Assembly (NCBI GenBank): GCA_020348925.1
Contig: CP070758.1
Location: forward strand, 1,010,469 to 1,074,468
Direction: 5' to 3'
DNA: 64,000 bases
Source of the DNA: Gemmatimonadota bacterium
GTDB lineage: Bacteria > JBHIER01 > G020348925
Below, one piece after another: positions 20,194 through 29,228 of the stretch. The stretch's first letter is position 1; each line of letters begins with the position of its first letter. Under the pieces are notes generated by a model. That model was not told the origin of the DNA. It searched no databases and saw nothing but the letters and a program-made list of their open reading frames with translations. Made by a program: the position numbers and the translations under genes.

Positions 20194-22130
20194 TGGCGAA
20201 CGGCTCTACGAGTTCCAGGGGACTGGCCGGTACGACGCTGCGTATCGATCTCACCACCGGGGAGATCAAGAGAAGTCCCACCGATGAGAAGCTGATGCGC
20301 GAATGGTTCGGAGGACGGGGCGCCATCGCCAAGATTCTCTACGATGAGGTCCCCCGCGACGCCGATCCGCTCGGGCCGGAGAATCTTTTCATCATCTGTC
20401 CCGGCGTCATGAGCGGCTGCTTTATCCCGGCCGGCTCCAAAGTCGAATTCGGCTCGGTCTCCCCCCTGACAAACGGCCACGGCGATTCCAACATGGGCGG
20501 CCATCTGGGCCCGGCCCTCAAATTTGCCGGCTACGATATGGTGATTCTATCCGGCATCTCCCCCAGACCGGTGTATCTCTTTATCGATGACGATAGGGTC
20601 GAGCTTCGCGATGCATCTCAGTATTGGGGCATGGGGTCTTTGGAATGCGAACCTGTGATGAAACAGGATCTGGGCGAGGATTTCGAAATCGCCACCATCG
20701 GACCTGCCGGCGAGAATGGCGTTCGCTTCTCGTGTATCACGCACGATTTCGGCCGCCAGGCGGGACGGACCGGGCAAGGGGCTGTCATGGGCTCGAAGAA
20801 GCTCAAGGCCATCGCTATCAGGGGCAGCAGGGGCATCGTGGTGCACGATCTCGAGAAGCTGACAGAACATGTGACGGCCATCATGAAGCGGACGCAGACG
20901 CATCCGAACATGGCTCCGTGGCAAAAATACGGCACGGCCTTCTTCATCGAATGGTCCAACACGAACGCCGTCATCCCGACCCGGAATTTCCAGACCACAT
21001 ATTACGAGAACATCGAGGGCATTAGCGGCGAGGCGTTGGTGGAGAAGTGCCTCATCTCGCACAAAGCCTGTTTCGGATGCTGGATGAACTGCGGCAAGTA
21101 CACCAAGGCGGTCCTGCCGGGCAAACAAACGGTCTATCTCGAGGGTCCCGAATACGAGACCGGCGCGCTGTGCGGCTCGAACCTCGGCATGACCGACATC
21201 AACCAGGTCGCCTATCTCAACTGGCTGATGGACAATGCCGGCATGGACACCATGTCTGGCGGCGGCGTGGTTGCGTTTGCCATGGAGTGCTTTCAGCGCG
21301 GGCTGATCACCGCCGACGATCTCGAAGGGCATACGCTCAACTGGGGTTCGGTGGAGGATGCCGAACACTTCATCGACATGGTGGTGCATCGCCGCGGGAC
21401 CGGCGACTATTTCGCGGGCGGCACCAAGCGAGCCGCGGAGAAGATCGGACGGGGCAGCGAGAAATTCGCCATGCAGGTGAAAGGGCAAGAGATGTCGGGG
21501 TACGATGGTCGCTACGCCCCAGGAATGCTGCTTTCGTACATGACGTGCGACATCGGCGCGCATCACAACCGCTCGTGGACCATTACGGTCGACATGGCCG
21601 AGGGGCGCGACACCATCGAGGGGCGCGCCAAGGTGGTGATTTACCTGCAGCATATCCGATCGCTGTTCGACATCTGGTGCATCTGCCGCCTCTTCTGGGG
21701 CGAGCTCGATGTTGAGCCGGAGGAGATTGTCGAGGCGCTCAAATATATCACCGGGTGGGATGTCGATACCGCCGAGGCGCTGGTAACCTCGGAAAAGATC
21801 TGGAATCTGGTGCGATGCCATTACCTCGAACGCAACAGGGCCAACGGCCGCACGTTCGATTACCCGCCGGCGCGATCCTGGGAGGAAAAAATTCCGACCG
21901 GCCCCAGCGCCGGCAAGGGGCTGACCAAGGATCAGATCGAGGCGATGCTCGATGAATATTACGCCGGCCGCGGGTGGGATAAGAACGGCAACCCCAGCCG
22001 CGCGGTGCTCCATGATTTGAACCTCGATTTTGCGGCGGACAATATCGAAAAGATCGGGCTCCTGGGAAAACCGCTTTCCAATGGCATTCCGGCTGTCCGC
22101 GGCGAACGATATAAGCCGAAGGCGTTTTAG
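20193..22130 (+). CDS. Tungsten-dependent aldehyde:ferredoxin oxidoreductase family protein
   Basis: SPLT..SNMGG, IGPAGEN, GAVMGSKKLKAI, CxxCxxxC, EGPEYET, YYAGRGWD. Confidence 0.95.
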   Translation: MANGSTSSRGLAGTTLRIDLTTGEIKRSPTDEKLMREWFGGRGAIAKILYDEVPRDADPLGPENLFIICPGVMSGCFIPAGSKVEFGSVSPLTNGHGDSNMGGHLGPALKFAGYDMVILSGISPRPVYLFIDDDRVELRDASQYWGMGSLECEPVMKQDLGEDFEIATIGPAGENGVRFSCITHDFGRQAGRTGQGAVMGSKKLKAIAIRGSRGIVVHDLEKLTEHVTAIMKRTQTHPNMAPWQKYGTAFFIEWSNTNAVIPTRNFQTTYYENIEGISGEALVEKCLISHKACFGCWMNCGKYTKAVLPGKQTVYLEGPEYETGALCGSNLGMTDINQVAYLNWLMDNAGMDTMSGGGVVAFAMECFQRGLITADDLEGHTLNWGSVEDAEHFIDMVVHRRGTGDYFAGGTKRAAEKIGRGSEKFAMQVKGQEMSGYDGRYAPGMLLSYMTCDIGAHHNRSWTITVDMAEGRDTIEGRAKVVIYLQHIRSLFDIWCICRLFWGELDVEPEEIVEALKYITGWDVDTAEALVTSEKIWNLVRCHYLERNRANGRTFDYPPARSWEEKIPTGPSAGKGLTKDQIEAMLDEYYAGRGWDKNGNPSRAVLHDLNLDFAADNIEKIGLLGKPLSNGIPAVRGERYKPKAF

Positions 22131-22189
22131 CATTGTTATACAAAGCGTTATAGAATATGTTCACACGTATGATAGTTCTTCTTCTACAA

Positions 22190-22286
22190 CCCCCTCATTC
22201 CCCCTTTGACAAGGGGGACGTGCATTCCGCAATGGCCAAGCATGAATTCGAGTCTCCCCTATCAAGGGGAGATAACAGAGGGGTGT
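22190..22286. repeat. CCCCC..GGGGG REP-like palindromes (related copy ~26682-26720)
   Basis: TCCCCCTTTGACAAGGGGGA and CTCCCCTATCAAGGGGAG hairpins. Confidence 0.55.
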
Positions 22287-22375
22287 CACAACACAGTCTT
22301 TCATGCAAAGACTTCTGACGCCATGTATAAGAAAATGACTGTTTGAGATGACACACTTTTTTATTGGACTGAAAT

Positions 22376-22615
22376 ATGACAATCTTTCTTCGAGCTGGTG
22401 GTCAGCTTCGGGCCATGCTGAAACCTGACATCGATCACTACACCCGTAAGGTCGAGATCGACGGCGAAAAGACAATTGGCGAAATTCTCAAGGATATTTC
22501 GCTGGATCCCGCCTACGTCGCTCTTATTTACGTCGATGGCGTCATGAAGGACTTATCATTCAGACCATCCGACGGTCAGACAATTACTCTCCAGCCGCCC
22601 GTTTCCGGCGGTTGA
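22376..22615 (+). CDS. MoaD/ThiS sulfur carrier protein
   Basis: 79 aa, C-terminal PPVSGG. Confidence 0.9.
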   Translation: MTIFLRAGGQLRAMLKPDIDHYTRKVEIDGEKTIGEILKDISLDPAYVALIYVDGVMKDLSFRPSDGQTITLQPPVSGG

Positions 22616-22627
22616 GCATCGTATCCC

Positions 22628-23371
22628 ATGTCCCTTTCGACATCCGAAATTGAGAGGTACCAGCGTCAACTCACGGTTGACGGTTGGAACCAGGAGAGGC
22701 TCAAAAGCGCCCGGGCTCTTGTTGTCGGAGTTGGAGGATTGGGCGGGGTGAGTGCGACCTATCTGGCCGCGGCCGGGGTGGGGTATCTGCGTATATGCGA
22801 TAGCGACAGGGTTGAGCTATCCAACCTGAATCGCCAGATTCTGTTTACCACCGAGGATATCGGCAAACCCAAGGCGGCCCTGGTGGCACAGAGGCTCTCG
22901 GCACAAAATCCCGAGATAAAAATCGAGCCCCTGTCGGACAAGCTGACCGAGACGAACGCCAGCGAGTTGGCCTCAGGATGCGACCTGATCATCGATGGCC
23001 TGGATAATCACGCCGACCGTTTGAAATTGAACAAGGCATCATTCGATCTCAATATCCCCTTTCTCTACGGGGCAATAAATGAATGGCTGGGTCAGTTGAG
23101 CTTTTTCCATCCACCGGAAACCGCCTGTCTGGCGTGTCTTTTGCCCGAGGAGCTGCAAGACCCCAAGCCGACGCCGGTGTTCGGTCCATTGCCAGGTGCG
23201 ATCGGATCTCTTCAGGCGACGCTGGCGCTGCGGTACTTAATGACTGGTGAACATCCCGTTTCGAACACTCTCCTGGTCTTCCGCGCCGATACAACGGTGT
23301 TTGAGACGGTGAGGTTTGAGAGACGGCCAGGGTGTGGGGTGTGCGGGAAGACCGTGCCGTCAGGTCACTGA
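22628..23371 (+). CDS. MoeB/ThiF adenylyltransferase
   Basis: RYQRQL, GVGGLG, ELSNLNRQ, CxxC pairs. Confidence 0.93.
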   Translation: MSLSTSEIERYQRQLTVDGWNQERLKSARALVVGVGGLGGVSATYLAAAGVGYLRICDSDRVELSNLNRQILFTTEDIGKPKAALVAQRLSAQNPEIKIEPLSDKLTETNASELASGCDLIIDGLDNHADRLKLNKASFDLNIPFLYGAINEWLGQLSFFHPPETACLACLLPEELQDPKPTPVFGPLPGAIGSLQATLALRYLMTGEHPVSNTLLVFRADTTVFETVRFERRPGCGVCGKTVPSGH

Positions 23372-23463
23372 CACTGACGGCTTACATCTGTTACCAGGGG
23401 GCTGACCCTGCCGATCCAATCCGTTTATCCCAGGTTTTCTGTGGGACTTGATAATAAACTATT

Positions 23464-23727
23464 GTGTCGATTCATCTCATGCAGGATAAAAACTATCTTA
23501 AACGAAGGGAAACGGCAGTCACCCTTGACACCCCTGTCGAGGACCTGGCCCAACAGCACCCTGCAGCCGTCGATTTTCTCAACCGCCGCAATATCCGCTG
23601 CATTCGGTGCGGCGAGCCGCTGTGGTGCACCCTCGGTGAGCTGCTGCAGAAAGAGGGTGTACCGAATCTTCGGCAGTTCCTCGAGGAGTTGAATGACTTT
23701 TTATCTCAAAATGATGAGAGGAAATGA
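23464..23727 (+). CDS. Small DUF1858-like protein
   Basis: TPVEDLAQQHP..CIRCGE..TLGE pattern; start uncertain. Confidence 0.65.
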   Translation: MSIHLMQDKNYLKRRETAVTLDTPVEDLAQQHPAAVDFLNRRNIRCIRCGEPLWCTLGELLQKEGVPNLRQFLEELNDFLSQNDERK

Positions 23728-24000
23728 GAGAGATAAAGAGGAATGAGGTTATATTTAAAACATTATCGTTTTGAACAGTCTTTCTCTGCAATGATAAATC
23801 GTTGCACTCCGCCTTTTTTCTATCTTGTTTTCGCTTAAAAACTGATCCCGGAGTGGAGTGAAATGATTCATCATTTCAGAATGTTCGACAATCTCAGCTT
23901 CATTTCAAAAGGGGAGGCTCAGCGATGATGTTTAGAATTATATACTTTTCATATCCATGAACCAAAGGATTATATAATATCATGATGCCTTGACTCTTCA

Positions 24001-24190
24001 ATGCCCTGAAGCCTGAGCCGTTAGACCGACAGGCGAGCGGAGCGGCAGTTTTTTCCGTGTCTGAGTCCCCGAGAATCGGGGACGAGTTTGGAAAAAACAG
24101 CGCAGTGAGCCCTTGATGGTCTCGGCGAAGGATTTGGGCTGGCCTTTCTTTTTGTTTCTTTTTCTTTGGCCAGCAAAGAAAAAGAAAGGG
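24001..24190 (+). repeat. ~190-bp structured repeat, copy 3
   Basis: Aligns to copy 1; tip hairpin TCCCCGA-GAA-TCGGGGA. Confidence 0.9.
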
Positions 24191-24390
24191 AATGCTGGTT
24201 TTACTTCTTCAGGGAATTGATTGGTGCCCCTTGGTCAAATGTCTTTACGGGCCTGTTTTTCCGTCACCCATCGATCCAAGATTCGGGGTATTACAGAAAC
24301 GAATTCGATAACGTACGCATACATTCTTGCAATAGGACGAAAAGAGAAAAATCACGTCATATAACATACCGGAAAGTGAGGTGAATAACT

Positions 24391-25179
24391 ATGGATTGGG
24401 GGATGAAAAATCGCCTCTCACGGCTCGTGCAACCTGATGGACATTGTTTCTTCTTGCCCATTGATCACGGATATTTTCAAGGGCCGACCCGATGTCTGGA
24501 AAAGCCGGCGGAAACGATCGACCCGCTTCTCCCCTACTGCGACGCCCTCTTCGTGACGCGGGGCGTGCTTCGCGCTGTCGTCGATCCAGCTCTTCAAACA
24601 CCTGTCATTCTCAGAGTATCGGGCGGGACGAGCATGATCTGCAAGGACCTTGCCCACGAGGGGATCACGGCATCCATGAAAGACGCGGTCAGGCTGAATG
24701 TGGCCGCCGTGGGCATCTCGGTTTTTATCGGCAGCGAATACGAACACGAGACGCTCTTGAACCTGGCCAAGCTTGTCGACGAAGGTGAAGAGTACGGCGT
24801 CCCGGTTATGGCCGTGACCGCCGTGGGCAAAGAGCTTGAGAAGCGCGATGCCCGTTATCTCGCCATGAGCTGTCGTATTGCTGCCGAATTGGGTGCCAAG
24901 ATTGTGAAAACCTATTGGTGCGAAGATTTTGACAAGGTTGTCGAGGGTTGTCCCGTGCCAGTGGTCATGGCCGGTGGTCCCAAATGCGAGACCGAGCGCG
25001 AGGTCTTCGAATTCGTCCACGACGGCATGCAAAAGGGAGCCATCGGGGTGAACTTGGGCCGGAACGTCTGGCAAAACCCTCAGCCAGTCGCTGTGATGAA
25101 GGCACTCCGTGCCATCATTCACGAGAATGCTACAGTGGATGAGGCGCAGGAGATATTTGAGCAAGTAAAGGGCAAATAA
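24391..25179 (+). CDS. lsrF: LsrF-like class I aldolase/thiolase
   Basis: MDWGMKNRL, DHGYFQGPT, AAELGA.IVKTY, MAGGPK, GRNVWQ. Confidence 0.9.
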   Translation: MDWGMKNRLSRLVQPDGHCFFLPIDHGYFQGPTRCLEKPAETIDPLLPYCDALFVTRGVLRAVVDPALQTPVILRVSGGTSMICKDLAHEGITASMKDAVRLNVAAVGISVFIGSEYEHETLLNLAKLVDEGEEYGVPVMAVTAVGKELEKRDARYLAMSCRIAAELGAKIVKTYWCEDFDKVVEGCPVPVVMAGGPKCETEREVFEFVHDGMQKGAIGVNLGRNVWQNPQPVAVMKALRAIIHENATVDEAQEIFEQVKGK

Positions 25180-25264
25180 GCAAACTGTAACACTGGTTAC
25201 GTTTTGCGGTTAGGGTCACGAAGCCCGTTTCGTAATTCGGTTAGGGTTAGGTTTCAACAAAAGA

Positions 25265-25478
25265 ACGCCCTGAAGCCTGAGCCGTCAGACCGACAGGCGA
25301 ACGGAGCCCTTCGACTTCGCTCAGGACAGGCTCTGTTTTTTTAGTGTCTGAGTCCCCGATATTCGGGGACGAGTTTGGAAAAAAACAGCGCAGTGAGCCG
25401 TTGACGGTCTCTGCGAAGGCTTGGGGCTGCCCTTTCTTTTGCTTCGTTTTCTTTGGGCAAACAAAGAAAATGAAGGGG
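25265..25478 (+). repeat. ~190-bp structured repeat, copy 4, carrying an inserted small REP hairpin
   Basis: Aligns to copy 3 with extra CCCTTCGACTTCGCTCAGGACAGGCTC. Confidence 0.88.
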
Positions 25479-25492
25479 ATATCAGAAGCTGA

Positions 25493-25584
25493 GATCGCAC
25501 AGGATATGTATCCTGTGCGAAGGGATGGATAGGGATATATATCCCATTAAATATTTTCGCCCAGCATACATATACTGGGCGATC
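25493..25584. repeat. GATCGCACAGGATATGTATCCTGTGC repeat family (also 34586-34670 and 34699-34721)
   Basis: Near-identical ~85-bp triple-hairpin units on two contigs. Confidence 0.8.
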
Positions 25585-25646
25585 AAGTTTTTCCTTATTC
25601 TACGGGGCGGGCTTCGTTACCGTCACCGAACAACGAGGTCGAAAAT

Positions 25647-26669
25647 ATGCGCGTCGCCATGTACTACAACAACCAGGACGTGCGTCTCGAAGAGATGTCT
25701 GTACCTCAGATCGGACCCAGCGAGATCCTGGTGAAAGTGATGGCCAGCGGCATCTGTGGCAGTGATGTCATGGAGTGGTACCGTCTCAAAAAAGCTCCTC
25801 TGGTATTGGGTCACGAAATTACCGGGGAGATTGTCGAAGTCGGTAAAGGAGTAACATATAAAGTCGGTGATCGGGTCTTCGTCTCCCATCATGTTCCCTG
25901 TAACGAGTGTCGTTACTGTCAAGACGGACATCACACAGTGTGTGATACCCTCCGCTCGACCAATTTCGATCCCGGTGGCTTTGCGGAGTACCTCCGGGTC
26001 CCACCCATCAATGTCGCATGCGGTACGTTTTTACTCCCTGACGAAATCTCTTACGAGGACGGGACTTTCATCGAGCCTCTGGCCTGCGTTCTGAGAGGGC
26101 AACGCATAGCGCATTTCCAGTCCGGGCAGAGCGTCCTCGTTCTGGGCAGTGGCCTTTCCGGATTACTTCACATCAAACTGGCCCGGGCTCTGGGTGCGAG
26201 TCGGATTGTTGCAACGGACATTCATGAGTATCGCCTGGAGGTGGCGAAACGATCCGGAGCTGATGCCGTCATTCATGCCGAAGAATTTACTCCGGCATAC
26301 CTTCGCGAACAAAACAATGGTTGTCTGGCCGACCTCGTCATTGTGTGTACTGGTGCCATTCCAGCGATCCACCAGGCCTTTCATTCAACCGAGCGCGGCG
26401 GCACAATCCTCTTCTTCGCCCCGACGGAGCCTAGTGTAGAGATACCCTTTCCCATGTGGGATCTCTGGCGGGACCAGATCACCATGCTCTCGACTTACGC
26501 TGGCAGTCCTGAGGACATTATGCAGGCGATAGAATTGGTCCGCGCGCGAAAGGTAGACGTGCGGGATATGATCACCCACCGCTTGGGCCTGGCCGAGACA
26601 GGCCTCGGCTTTCAGCTCGTCCTCAAGGCCCAGGACTCCATCAAAGTCATCATCGAACCACAACGATAG
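25647..26669 (+). CDS. Zinc-dependent alcohol/polyol dehydrogenase
   Basis: GICGSD, GHE..G, CxxCxxC..C structural Zn, ITHR. Confidence 0.93.
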   Translation: MRVAMYYNNQDVRLEEMSVPQIGPSEILVKVMASGICGSDVMEWYRLKKAPLVLGHEITGEIVEVGKGVTYKVGDRVFVSHHVPCNECRYCQDGHHTVCDTLRSTNFDPGGFAEYLRVPPINVACGTFLLPDEISYEDGTFIEPLACVLRGQRIAHFQSGQSVLVLGSGLSGLLHIKLARALGASRIVATDIHEYRLEVAKRSGADAVIHAEEFTPAYLREQNNGCLADLVIVCTGAIPAIHQAFHSTERGGTILFFAPTEPSVEIPFPMWDLWRDQITMLSTYAGSPEDIMQAIELVRARKVDVRDMITHRLGLAETGLGFQLVLKAQDSIKVIIEPQR

Positions 26670-26816
26670 ACGGAGGAAATAAAAGTCCCCCTTTTCCAAG
26701 GGGGGGGAGATAGGGGGATTATTCAGATATTTTGCTCACCAACCCCTGACCACTGTTCCCTGACCACTATTCAAAAATCCATCATCAGAAAAAGCAGCCT
26801 GTCCCCTTTTATTCCG

Positions 26817-26912
26817 ATGCCCTAAAGCCTGAGCCGTCAAGACCATCCGACGCATGGAGCGGCCGTTTTTTCCGTGTCTGAGGACGAGCTGTGCGAGCCC
26901 GAGTTTGGAAAA
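26817..26912 (+). repeat. ~190-bp structured repeat, copy 5 (cut by gap)
   Basis: ATGCCCTAAAGCCTGAGCCG..GTTTTTTCCG..CGAGTTTGGAAA then N-run. Confidence 0.85.
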
Positions 26913-27012
26913 NNNNNNNNNNNNNNNNNNNNNNNNNNNNNNNNNNNNNNNNNNNNNNNNNNNNNNNNNNNNNNNNNNNNNNNNNNNNNNNNNNNNNNNN
27001 NNNNNNNNNNNN

Positions 27013-27340
27013 CGTCTATGATAAAAGGACCGCTGGCAAAACTGAGTACCCCACTGGTCGTGGAGATATTCACCAGATCGTACTGCTCATAGATCTTCGG
27101 GTCCCGAATGACCCACTCCGGATAGATCCCCACATTCACCAGGGCGAACATCAGCTCATAACCAGCATAGACAGCGGCCTCGCTCATGCCCGGATTGTTC
27201 GCCGTGACGTTGCCGCCAAAGGTCAGATCGATGATCAAATCACCCGCACAATAATCCTTCGTCTGGGCGAAACTCATGCCGAGATTAAAGAGAACCATAC
27301 TGAAAATAAAAAGCACAACATATACTGGTACGCGTTTCAT
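27013..27340 (-). CDS. Secreted protein N-terminus (truncated at gap)
   Basis: AGGAGG RBS, signal peptide ending SFA, GPFIID motif. Confidence 0.7.
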
Positions 27341-27772
27341 CCTACAACCTCCTTAGTTAGAGAAATTACAGAATACATAAATCCAGACATCTTTCAACCT
27401 GATAACGTACATTCACATAGGCAGATTTCTCATTACTCTTTTGCACAGCTTCATCACCGTATCGAGTTCGGGTGAGTCTTTCCAATATTGTTTGTTTTTG
27501 TTCAATGTGTCTTTGGTCCCTTTTGAGTGTCCATCATCTCCTTTTACCCTGGCTGAAGCCGACCCATGCCTCTGTTGCTTGCGATGACAGACAGGCGACC
27601 CATGGGCCGGTCATCAGCCGGGAAAAGTATGGAATGCAGAAAGAAGAATCGTACAATCATAATTTTGATTATAGAGTGCTTTAAGCATCTTCCGGTTAAG
27701 CTTAGCCATCCATTCGGGACAATAACCATGGCTGAAATCCGTTTCTGAGTGATCACAGATATGCGACTCAAT

Positions 27773-28186
27773 TCACCCTCCGTTCCTGACTGCCCCTCCA
27801 TTAACCTGCCTTTTTATTGATTCGGAACTGCCCACCAATTGCTTGCATATTTCTGTGACCCGTTCAAATTCGCAGGACTTGTCGAAAAAATAATCCGAGC
27901 CCGCTTCCATGCATCTCTTTCGGTACTGGTCTTGCGGATAGTTTGTCAAAATAATTATAACGGGGTTGTAGTTTTCCTGAACGATTTCCGACATCACCTC
28001 GAGACCATTTCGCTTCGGCATCCGGATATCTAAAATGACGACATCCGGTCGCAACTTCCTGGTCAACTGGATGGCTTCCTGCCCTTCCTGAGCTTCAAAA
28101 ATAGTCTCAATACCTTCCAGGTCAGAAAGCATATCAACAAGGCGCATGCGCACCAGATCCGAATCATCAGCAATAAGAATGCGCAT
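27773..28186 (-). CDS. Single-domain response regulator
   Basis: ILIADD, DVVILDIRMP receiver motifs, no output domain. Confidence 0.92.
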   Translation of the reverse strand: MRILIADDSDLVRMRLVDMLSDLEGIETIFEAQEGQEAIQLTRKLRPDVVILDIRMPKRNGLEVMSEIVQENYNPVIIILTNYPQDQYRKRCMEAGSDYFFDKSCEFERVTEICKQLVGSSESIKRQVNGGAVRNGG

Positions 28187-28486
28187 TCAACATGTTCCTT
28201 TCAACGATGAATTCTTGAGTTTCTTTTTTCTATTGAGCCGAGGGTGGCCTACGCGTTGTCGGCGCGATGAGAGAAAAGCGGTGGTAGGCCTCCCATCGGC
28301 TTTTTCGAGCGCAAAGATACCCTCACGATGAAAATCGCGGTATCGGCGGCTGTCTGATTATTATGTAGGGATTTGTCTTACAGTGTGGAAGGGTAATTTA
28401 GCAATGAGATTTCCTGGAATCCTTATCCTGTAGTCTCATGGCATGAGATTCCTGCCTGAGTCTGTCCCGTGTCCCCTAATCCTACC

Positions 28487-28587
28487 TGTCATTCCGGCCT
28501 GAGTGCCGGAATCTCCGCCTTATTGCCTCGTAGCTTGAGATTTCTTGTAATAAATACGAGACAGGCTCTGCATTCACAGGAATGACA
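28487..28587. repeat. TGTCATTCC...GGAATGACA REP-like element (related ~31855-32005)
   Basis: Terminal inverted repeat plus internal hairpins. Confidence 0.6.
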
Positions 28588-28595
28588 TTAAGATT

Positions 28596-29228
28596 TCACT
28601 CAACAAGCCCGTGCTTCATTGCATAGTGCATGATCTCTGCGTTCGTCTTCATTTTCATCTTCTCGAGAATACGGGTGCGATAAGTGCTCACCGTTTTCAC
28701 GCTCAAACTCAACTCGCTGGCGATATCTGTCATACGCTTGCCTGAGGCAATTAGACACATCACCTGAAACTCACGATCCGAAAGAGCTTCATGGAGCTCG
28801 TTGTCGGTTTCAAGATCTAAATCGAAGGCCAACTTTTCAGCAAGTGCGGTGCTGACATATTTTCGCCCGACAGAGACCTTCCGAATGGCCTCCACCAGCT
28901 CGTCCGGAGCGGTCTCCTTACTCATATACCCGGCGGCACCGGCCTTTAATACGCGCACCGCATACTGCTCTTCAGGATAAATACTTAAAATGAGAACCTG
29001 TGTATCGGGCTTTTCGCTCTTGATCTGTTTCAAAACGTCCAACCCACTTATGCCGGGTAGGGAAAGGTCCAGTACAACCACATCGTACCGGTTCTTCCTG
29101 ATCTTGCTCAAAGCTTCCGGCCCAGTACTCGCCTCGCCCATCAGGGACATATCAGGTGTATCCGTGAGGATCTGCTTCAATCCTTCACGGACGATACTGT
29201 GATCGTCGGCAATAAATACTTTGATCAT
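28596..29228 (-). CDS. NarL/UvrY-family DNA-binding response regulator
   Basis: Receiver plus LuxR HTH LSDREFQV..LSVKTVSTYR. Confidence 0.95.
   Translation of the reverse strand: MIKVFIADDHSIVREGLKQILTDTPDMSLMGEASTGPEALSKIRKNRYDVVVLDLSLPGISGLDVLKQIKSEKPDTQVLILSIYPEEQYAVRVLKAGAAGYMSKETAPDELVEAIRKVSVGRKYVSTALAEKLAFDLDLETDNELHEALSDREFQVMCLIASGKRMTDIASELSLSVKTVSTYRTRILEKMKMKTNAEIMHYAMKHGLVE

Noticed and set aside
20547-22133. 528-aa antisense ORF over AOR (and similar long antisense ORFs at 29759, 33723, 41488)
   Set aside because: Antisense shadows of GC-rich well-conserved genes, no recognisable motifs.
19777-23727. AOR-ferredoxin-MoaD-MoeB cluster as a ubiquitin-like or defence system
   Set aside because: Standard tungstopterin maturation genes beside a tungstoenzyme.
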